Shown: in pieces, positions 58,218 to 64,000 of the stretch | Layout of the letters: every line of letters starts with the position of its first letter | Position numbering within the stretch: position 1 is the stretch's first letter | Source of the DNA: a virus | Length of the DNA: 64,000 nucleotides | Strand: one strand, 5' to 3' | IMG/VR virus record: IMGVR_UViG_3300027970_000012 | Span: 27,445-91,444 of that record | Notes under the pieces: generated by a model | Told to the model about the DNA's origin: nothing | Database searches by the model: none | Seen by the model: the letters and a program-made list of their open reading frames with translations, nothing else | Made by a program: the position numbers and the translations under genes

Positions 58218-60100
58218 TATCTGGTGTAGTTTATGTTTTCATAGCTGGAGGTGACGGTATAATTCGTTCCAGATAGTTCTTGACCAGAACTAATGCTATC
58301 CTCTATTATATTTACCGTAGTATTTTCTAGACTTAGAGATAGATATAAATCCCGAAGAGCAATTACGTCATTGGATTCTGGAACTGCTTCAATTTCAATT
58401 TTATCTGGACGTTCAGTTGAAGTAATAATGATGGGATATAGAATGATTTCACCCGTAGCATAATATACTTTTCCAATATTTTGACTGATAATTTCTGGAG
58501 AATTGTTCACTAATCGAAATAGAAATAATGTTCCCTCATCCGAATTTATAGGAATATCACTTAGATATGTAGTACCAGAAATATTGCTTACGGTGAATCC
58601 ACTAGACTTGATATTATATCCAGAAGTATTGATAAATGTTTTGTTACTTATATGAAACTGATTTCCAAAACATATTTCATATGACGCCAGTTTGTTTACA
58701 ATTGGAACTAAATCTCTTCGGATTTTAACTTTTGTGATATTTGATGTAATCGCAGCATTAGTATTATCAATAATTCCAACTAACTTACTATACTTGAATC
58801 TACCCGAAAAATTATTTACTTCTGCAGAACTAGAATATGTTTGAATTGTAGAGATAACCTGATTTCGAAGCTCTACTCCAGATGAGATGAGATTGGAATT
58901 ATAATATACCGTACTATTCATTTCAAGATATAGATACTTTAAGTCCACAAGTTCTGGCTTAATTCCCGAAACTGAATATTGCTTGAGTTGTCTTTTAATA
59001 TCCTCTTTCGTAATTTTTGAAATATAACTTCCACTTCTAGGCTTAACTGAAATGAAAACCTTTCCATATTGTGGTGGAGTGGTTTCTTCTCCTCCATATG
59101 CAATAACACTTTCCACATTTGGATATAGATATGGTATAATTGCTTTATAGTCATTTGCAGTCACTGCTCTATATTGAGATGAATATAGTCTCGGAGCAAG
59201 TTGCTTGATACTAGAGATACTTTCAATCTCATCTCCATTCTCAGAAGATTGAAGTACAGTTAACAGTGAAATACCTTTAGTAATAGGATTCTGATTGTTG
59301 TCTAGAAGAATTCCGGAGAACGTAAAGTTTGCCGCGCCATTTCCACTGAGTCCATTTGTGACAATATAGGTAACATTTACGGTACTTCCCGATTGTACGG
59401 ATTTTCCTAAAACATCATCACCAAATATAATTTCATATTTTTCATCCTCTACTTCCTGAATGAGAAACATCTTGGTGTTTCTATCTACATTGAAGATATT
59501 ATTCTGTAGAGTGTACTCTTCATTTTTATTGGTATATACCTTAACTCGTATGGTGGAAGTATCCACTCCAGGATTTGGAATTATCAATCGTTGATTTTTG
59601 GTTGTATCTTCTATTTTAAAAATCTTACGAAGAAATATTCCTTCAAAAAGTTCAATATTATTAAAATTCGCAATACTATTCTTATCTACCGTTGCTGTAA
59701 TGGGCTTGGGAATGGAGAAAATATAACTACCACCTTCCATTGCACCTAATGCAATGACTCCTGCATTCAGAGTAACAGTTCGGGCACCAGTTCCACTAGT
59801 ATTCACAGAAAAGCTTACAACTGCACGAGCAGCTCTTTTTGAACGAGGAACATAGCCAATATTCTTAGCTAAGGAAACGACATTCTCACGAAGAGTGGCG
59901 CTATCAATGAATGACTCATTGACCGCCATATTTGTATTAAATGATGTAATATATGAATTATACGCTAAAATATCAATAAGTACAGAAAAATTTGACCCTT
60001 CAAAGTCAAAGTCTGTAAAAGTATCACTTGCTCTCAAATAATCTTTAATTTGAGTACGAAGTGAATTAAAATCTAAATTTGTGAATTGATTAAATGACAT
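58217..60100 (-). CDS. gp6: Baseplate wedge subunit
   Basis: DFDFEGSN, SATLRENVVSLAKNIGYVPRS, RAVTANDY. Confidence 0.94.
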   Translation of the reverse strand: MSFNQFTNLDFNSLRTQIKDYLRASDTFTDFDFEGSNFSVLIDILAYNSYITSFNTNMAVNESFIDSATLRENVVSLAKNIGYVPRSKRAARAVVSFSVNTSGTGARTVTLNAGVIALGAMEGGSYIFSIPKPITATVDKNSIANFNNIELFEGIFLRKIFKIEDTTKNQRLIIPNPGVDTSTIRVKVYTNKNEEYTLQNNIFNVDRNTKMFLIQEVEDEKYEIIFGDDVLGKSVQSGSTVNVTYIVTNGLSGNGAANFTFSGILLDNNQNPITKGISLLTVLQSSENGDEIESISSIKQLAPRLYSSQYRAVTANDYKAIIPYLYPNVESVIAYGGEETTPPQYGKVFISVKPRSGSYISKITKEDIKRQLKQYSVSGIKPELVDLKYLYLEMNSTVYYNSNLISSGVELRNQVISTIQTYSSSAEVNNFSGRFKYSKLVGIIDNTNAAITSNITKVKIRRDLVPIVNKLASYEICFGNQFHISNKTFINTSGYNIKSSGFTVSNISGTTYLSDIPINSDEGTLFLFRLVNNSPEIISQNIGKVYYATGEIILYPIIITSTERPDKIEIEAVPESNDVIALRDLYLSLSLENTTVNIIEDSISSGQELSGTNYTVTSSYENINYTR

Positions 60101-60502
60101 TTATATTCTTGTCGGAACGAGTATGAATTCAATAGTCTGAGAAGAATTAGAAATTCCAACAATATCATAGTTTATAGTTATATTTACCTCATACCCATCT
60201 TCAATAGGTTCTGCAGAAACTGACGTAATTTTTACTCTAGGTTCATAATTTGAGATTACGGATTTGATTTGGTCTTCAACTCCAATTGCATTCTCAATTA
60301 AATTGAGGTCAAATAGTAATTTTTGAACATCACATCCAATTAGAGGATTAAAAAATCTTTCTCCAAAGTTAGTTCTCACTAAATTAATGACGGATTTTTT
60401 AATTGCATCCTCATTCCGAAGAGCAATAATGTCATTTGTAATCGGATTTTTAGTAAAGGATAAACTAATATCTCGAAATGATTTTGAAATTGTAATGGAC
60501 AT
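60101..60502 (-). CDS. gp25: Baseplate wedge subunit / sheath initiator
   Basis: AIKKSVINLV.T..GERFFNP..G, YEPRV. Confidence 0.94.
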   Translation of the reverse strand: MSITISKSFRDISLSFTKNPITNDIIALRNEDAIKKSVINLVRTNFGERFFNPLIGCDVQKLLFDLNLIENAIGVEDQIKSVISNYEPRVKITSVSAEPIEDGYEVNITINYDIVGISNSSQTIEFILVPTRI

Positions 60503-60530
60503 TAAAATTCAATTCTCCTCTCTCTAATAT

Positions 60531-60689
60531 TTAGAGAAGTTTTTGTCCAGATTCTAATTTATACAGTGGAGATACATCAGAAGAATCAAGTTCTAGGTCA
60601 GTATTCTCCAAAATCTCAGTTTCTTCTGAGATATCTGGATTTTCTGCATCATATACAATTTCTTGAAGTACTTTTCTATCGGTTTTCAT
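60531..60689 (-). CDS. Small acidic hypothetical protein, not in the ORF track
   Basis: 52 aa MKTDRKVLQEIVYDAENP...SGQKLL after a TAAATA element. Confidence 0.55.
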   Translation of the reverse strand: MKTDRKVLQEIVYDAENPDISEETEILENTDLELDSSDVSPLYKLESGQKLL

Positions 60690-60717
60690 TGATATTTTGT
60701 CAATTAATCATATTTAG

Positions 60718-60900
60718 TTAATTCTTTTTGGGAAATTCCCCATATATGGGCTCTGTTCCATATTCCCAATCATCATAGTCCTCATCATTGCGAATTTTTT
60801 CGTGAACTTGATTTTGAATCTCAAATTTTCGGTTTCTCAGAACGAAAAAATTTATAAAATTGTGAAAATCTCTGATAAAATTGAGCATTGGTTCTTCCAA
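60718..60900 (-). CDS. Hypothetical protein
   Basis: HEKIRNDEDYDDWEYGTEP motif. Confidence 0.6.
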   Translation of the reverse strand: MEEPMLNFIRDFHNFINFFVLRNRKFEIQNQVHEKIRNDEDYDDWEYGTEPIYGEFPKKN

Positions 60901-60954
60901 ATAGTGTGTTATTGCAACTTTTAGAAAAATGGAGGTTGCGAAATCTCCAAATCA

Positions 60955-61296
60955 TTAACGATATACCTGACGAAGAGTATAAACATCAGAATTTAGATGC
61001 TTAAGCAGTTCCAAAGCAATTATTTTTGGATTCTTTTCACCACAAGTGTAAATATCTGCTGAAACACAGTTATGTTCAGGCCAAGAATGTAGTGAAAAAT
61101 GACTTTCTGCTAAAGTAATCACGATTGTGACTCCCTGAGGCTCAAAATCGTGATTACAAGTGTTTAAAATTGTCATTCCAGCACGAAGAATTCCACGAGT
61201 AATCACTTTCACCAATGATTTTGAGTCATTGAGTAGTGAAGATTCTACGTTATACACTTCTAAAAGCAGATGCGAGCCCATTGAGAACTTTTCCAA
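60955..61296 (-). CDS. speD: S-adenosylmethionine decarboxylase proenzyme
   Basis: G.HLL, FEPQGVT, LAE|SH self-cleavage site, H.WPE, DIYTCG. Confidence 0.92.
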   Translation of the reverse strand: MEKFSMGSHLLLEVYNVESSLLNDSKSLVKVITRGILRAGMTILNTCNHDFEPQGVTIVITLAESHFSLHSWPEHNCVSADIYTCGEKNPKIIALELLKHLNSDVYTLRQVYR

Positions 61297-61321
61297 TCAT
61301 TTATTCCTCCAAATAGAGTAT

Positions 61322-61756
61322 TTAGAGAAATTTCATCTCCAATTCTGCAGCAACGTGCAACAAATTGCCCGCAATCTGTGAGTCCATATTCATTCGGTAT
61401 TTTTGAACTACCGTTCCAATGGTTTTTGCAATAATTTGATAGTCTTCATCCTGCATTGGAAACTCAAAATCTTTCCAAATATTTTCTATGAGTTCAGTGG
61501 TTTCGGAAGAAACGAGAAACTCTTCTGAAGCAGGTTCGGGTTCGGCACATTCTTCTCTGAGCATATTCACAACCTGCAGCATATCATAAGCATCATCTCC
61601 AGGTTCAGCATTTAGCATTCCCTCTAGCCATTCTGCCCAAGACCGTCCAGATTGTCGGGCCATTCCGTTATAAAAATCTTCGTGCAGCATATTCACATTT
61701 CGGAGTTGTTCTCCCACATATGAAACTGCATCAGACTTATTGGGTGCAAAGTTCAT
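61322..61756 (-). CDS. Hypothetical protein
   Basis: Intact 144 aa ORF with ATGA coupling to the upstream gene. Confidence 0.7.
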   Translation of the reverse strand: MNFAPNKSDAVSYVGEQLRNVNMLHEDFYNGMARQSGRSWAEWLEGMLNAEPGDDAYDMLQVVNMLREECAEPEPASEEFLVSSETTELIENIWKDFEFPMQDEDYQIIAKTIGTVVQKYRMNMDSQIAGNLLHVAAELEMKFL

Positions 61757-61887
61757 TTTCCCTGCCCTCTATATGGTTTACGAGCATTATTGCCGCTGGT
61801 TTTAGCGTACTTTGTATTCTTTCCATCTCCCTGTCTTATATTTTTGGGAGAGGATTGCACTTCCATTGTTTTTTGATTCATTGCCAT
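61753..61887 (-). CDS. Small basic conserved phage protein, not in the ORF track
   Basis: 44 aa ending PKNIRQGDGKNTKYAKTSGNNARKPYRGQGK; GGAG upstream. Confidence 0.7.
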   Translation of the reverse strand: MAMNQKTMEVQSSPKNIRQGDGKNTKYAKTSGNNARKPYRGQGK

Positions 61888-61921
61888 AATTTAATTACTT
61901 CTCCAAAGGGCGGACTTCTTT

Positions 61922-61993
61922 TAAAAGGTTTAAAAGGTTTAAAAGGTTTAAGAATTCTCAGAGTTCTAAAAGGTTTAAGAATTCTCAGAGTTC
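61922..61993. repeat. Nested tandem repeats: 9-mer x3 and 27-mer x2
   Basis: TAAAAGGTT x3; TAAAAGGTTTAAGAATTCTCAGAGTTC at 61940 and 61967. Confidence 0.9.
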
Positions 61994-62009
61994 ATTCTTT
62001 ATGAACTCT

Positions 62010-62052
62010 TACGTTTCAAAGTTAATCTAAGTGAATTTGAAACGTTTGTCAA
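62010..62052 (-). promoter_or_regulatory. Sigma70-type promoter with an inverted repeat flanking the -10
   Basis: TTGACA-N17-TAGATT; arms ACGTTTCAAA/TTTGAAACGT. Confidence 0.65.
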
Positions 62053-62213
62053 GAATTCCGAGAAATCTTATACTCAACTTCAATCTTCTCCACAATTCTT
62101 CCCAAAATATAAGCAGGAAGAATCACAATATTTGTATTTCCAATGAAAAGACAAATCAATATCATAAAGAAAATGAAAAAGCCGAGAAACAATAATATTG
62201 TAAGCTTACTCAT
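62049..62213 (-). CDS. Small membrane protein, not in the ORF track
   Basis: 54 aa MSKLTILLFLGFFIFFMILICLFIG...; preceded by TTGACT-N17-TAGAGT. Confidence 0.5.
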   Translation of the reverse strand: MSKLTILLFLGFFIFFMILICLFIGNTNIVILPAYILGRIVEKIEVEYKISRNS

Positions 62214-62294
62214 ATTGAAAAATTCTTGACTGAATCCTCACTCTAGAACGAAATGAGAGAAGAGTCAAGAATCGTTCTTATATGAAAATAGAAT

Positions 62295-63050
62295 TCAGAG
62301 AACGCGAGTTTTCTCGTGACCAACTCTACAAGCTGGGTCAATCCAAATTTCAAAACCTGCTGCAATTGCATCCAAACAGAATCCCACGTCTTCTCCACAG
62401 AAGTCTACAATTTCTCCATCATTAAACTCCTGTCTCTTGATAGGAAACCAAGGATAGGTGATTTTCTCATTCTCAAAGACACCTTTCTTAATCAGTGTCC
62501 ATCCAAAGCCCGTGTAGTCCACTGTAAAGAGCTTGTTACGCTTGGTGATAGTATCTAGCTTCTCGTGATTCATCACGCCTCCATTGGTCTTGAAGTCGCT
62601 TCCAGTGAGCCAATGAGCACAGGATGTCGTATTTCCATCCTCTGTAAGATACCATCCAGAAACAATATTCTTATCGTGAAGAATTAATCTGTAAAATTGT
62701 TCTACACCAAAGACAATATCACTATCAATCCAAAGCTGATAATCATAATTAATCTTACCATCCCAAGGAAGTTGATTGGGGCCTCTTAGAACATTTGCTC
62801 CGAGACACTTACATCTGGCGAAGTTTACCACAGAGGAATAATCTTGAGAGATTTGAATACTTCCTCCATTCTGAACAATCTCAAAACAAAGCTGAACAAA
62901 GTTCTTGAGAAAGACGTAGGAGCATCCTCTTCCTGGAAGACAGAATACAATTGTCTTTCCTTTTATCATCTCTCGGGCTTTTTGAACATCCAATTGAACT
63001 TCCTGTGCATTTTCAGGAAGCTTTGCTTTCACTTTAAATCCTTTAGTCAT
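62295..63050 (-). CDS. Glycosyltransferase-like (GT-A fold) conserved cyanomyophage protein
   Basis: YQLWIDSDI (DxD), VDYTGFGW.LIKKGVFE, GEDVGFC, VGHEK. Confidence 0.8.
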   Translation of the reverse strand: MTKGFKVKAKLPENAQEVQLDVQKAREMIKGKTIVFCLPGRGCSYVFLKNFVQLCFEIVQNGGSIQISQDYSSVVNFARCKCLGANVLRGPNQLPWDGKINYDYQLWIDSDIVFGVEQFYRLILHDKNIVSGWYLTEDGNTTSCAHWLTGSDFKTNGGVMNHEKLDTITKRNKLFTVDYTGFGWTLIKKGVFENEKITYPWFPIKRQEFNDGEIVDFCGEDVGFCLDAIAAGFEIWIDPACRVGHEKTRVL

Positions 63051-63101
63051 ATAAAATTATAAATTCGGTTCATTATAATATAGCATACTTTGAAAGAGAA
63101 T

Positions 63102-63254
63102 TCAAGTTATTGAGGAAGAAACTTTTACATCTTTATTTGAACCACCAAAGAGAAAGGTATATGCCTGAATCAATTTCACAGATTCTTTTAAATTTTCTTC
63201 GGGAACTTCTTTCAATATTACTTTATTTTTCACGGACACATCATAAGTGTTCAT
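63102..63254 (-). CDS. Small hypothetical protein, not in the ORF track
   Basis: 50 aa MNTYDVSVKNKVILKEVPEENL...; ATGA coupling. Confidence 0.55.
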   Translation of the reverse strand: MNTYDVSVKNKVILKEVPEENLKESVKLIQAYTFLFGGSNKDVKVSSSIT

Positions 63255-63400
63255 ACAATCTCATCTTCCAGCTTTCTGAGTAGGTCTTCAATCTCCTCAC
63301 GGCGAAGTTCGGAGAGAATCAATTCTTCATCGTTTTCTAATCGATATGAAAGAGTCTCAATGACTAATTCAGCTTCGTACTTATCTATTTCGTAATTCAT
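63251..63400 (-). CDS. Small acidic hypothetical protein, not in the ORF track
   Basis: 49 aa MNYEIDKYEAELVIETLSYRLEND... Confidence 0.6.
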   Translation of the reverse strand: MNYEIDKYEAELVIETLSYRLENDEELILSELRREEIEDLLRKLEDEIV

Positions 63401-63475
63401 TTATTTTTGTAGCGAGAATAACTTTTTTATATATTCAATTTCTTTTGAGGTATTTGAGAATTATTTTTTGGGCCA

Positions 63476-63586
63476 GAAATTTTTTGAGAGGAATGTATAT
63501 GAGAAATGGCTTATGGCGCATTCTCACAGCCTTTATAATTTACCTCGGAAATTTTTTTGAGAGGAACGTATATGAAAGAGTGCTTA
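63476..63586. repeat. Imperfect ~38 bp direct repeat pair, 72 bp apart
   Basis: GAAATTTTTT(T)GAGAGGAAYGTATATGA at 63476 and 63548. Confidence 0.8.
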
Positions 63587-63632
63587 GCAACAGCCTTTCA
63601 GTATTCTGGGACTCCTAACATTATAACCGGGG

Positions 63633-63752
63633 CCTTATACCCTTATACCCTTATACCCTTATACCCTTATACCCTTATACCCTTATACCCTTATACCCTT
63701 ATACCCTTATACCCTTATACCCTTATACCCTTATACCCTTATACCCTTATAC
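63633..63752. repeat. Perfect octamer tandem repeat (CCTTATAC)15
   Basis: 120 bp of exact repeats, with CGGGGC on both flanks. Confidence 0.97.
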
Positions 63753-63861
63753 GGGGCAACGGTTTATATAAACATCACAATAAACATCAATTATACTGCC
63801 TATTCAAATAACTGTCAAATAAATGAACGAAGTATAAACAATAAAACAAGGAAAACTGAAC

Positions 63862-64000
63862 TTTATTATTTCCACTGTTGTATTGAAATAACATAGGCCC
63901 CTCCCATATGAAATAAAACAAGACTTGAGGCCTATTGTGATAAACGAAGGAAAATATGAGTTTATTATCGCCACTGTTGTATTAGAATAGCATAGTCCCC
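63862..64000. repeat. Imperfect ~40 bp direct repeat pair, 99 bp apart, reaching the window edge
   Basis: TTTATTAT..CCACTGTTGTATT...ATA.CATAG.CCC at 63862 and 63961. Confidence 0.8.

Noticed and set aside
61720-62004. 94 aa + strand ORF with LKG repeats
   Set aside because: Antisense to real genes and generated by the 9-mer and 27-mer repeats
1153-63062. Many short + strand ORFs in the track
   Set aside because: Antisense shadows of long - strand genes without recognisable motifs; only 15738-17246 is credible
63557-63811. 84 aa + strand ORF with LYPYTLIP repeats
   Set aside because: A by-product of translating the stop-free octamer array
63476-64000. CRISPR array
   Set aside because: Only two imperfect copies of each repeat and no cas genes in the window
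1-64000. tRNA or rRNA genes
   Set aside because: No cloverleaf or T-loop pattern seen by eye in the intergenic gaps; tRNAscan-SE would be decisive

Overview
A 64 kb segment of a T4-like cyanomyophage genome (AT-rich; almost all genes on the - strand). Reading in gene direction (right to left): a repeat-rich non-coding end; small early genes, a glycosyltransferase-like gene and speD; baseplate genes gp25/gp6/gp7/gp8 and a VrlC-like virion protein; gp13-16; a small nblA-like gene missed by the ORF track; terminase gp17; gp18-23; a Hef-like endonuclease on the + strand; gp3, uvsY, uvsW, gp55, gp47, gp46, gp45; then an accessory block with an ATP-grasp gene, psbA, a free-standing nuclease, several small ORFs carrying point lesions, a metallophosphoesterase, a pyrimidine-dimer glycosylase-like gene and a Chlorella-virus-type DNA ligase. 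Highlights: (1) gp17 needs three non-standard splicing events: a Pro1 class 3 intein, a Gln-terminated intein and a Ser1 atypically split trans-splicing intein, with the stub of a deleted endonuclease gene between the halves. (2) psbA is split by two related group I introns (880 and 211 nt) and encodes a D1 that keeps every Mn-cluster ligand but changes about 30 normally conserved residues, including much of the QB pocket; its leader has a sigma70 promoter, a T4 late promoter, an HLR1-like site and a PhotoRC-II-like RNA. (3) Two putative internal head protein genes begin with a T4-like capsid-targeting sequence but start at ACG and CTG. All family assignments come from motifs recognised by eye; no database search was run.
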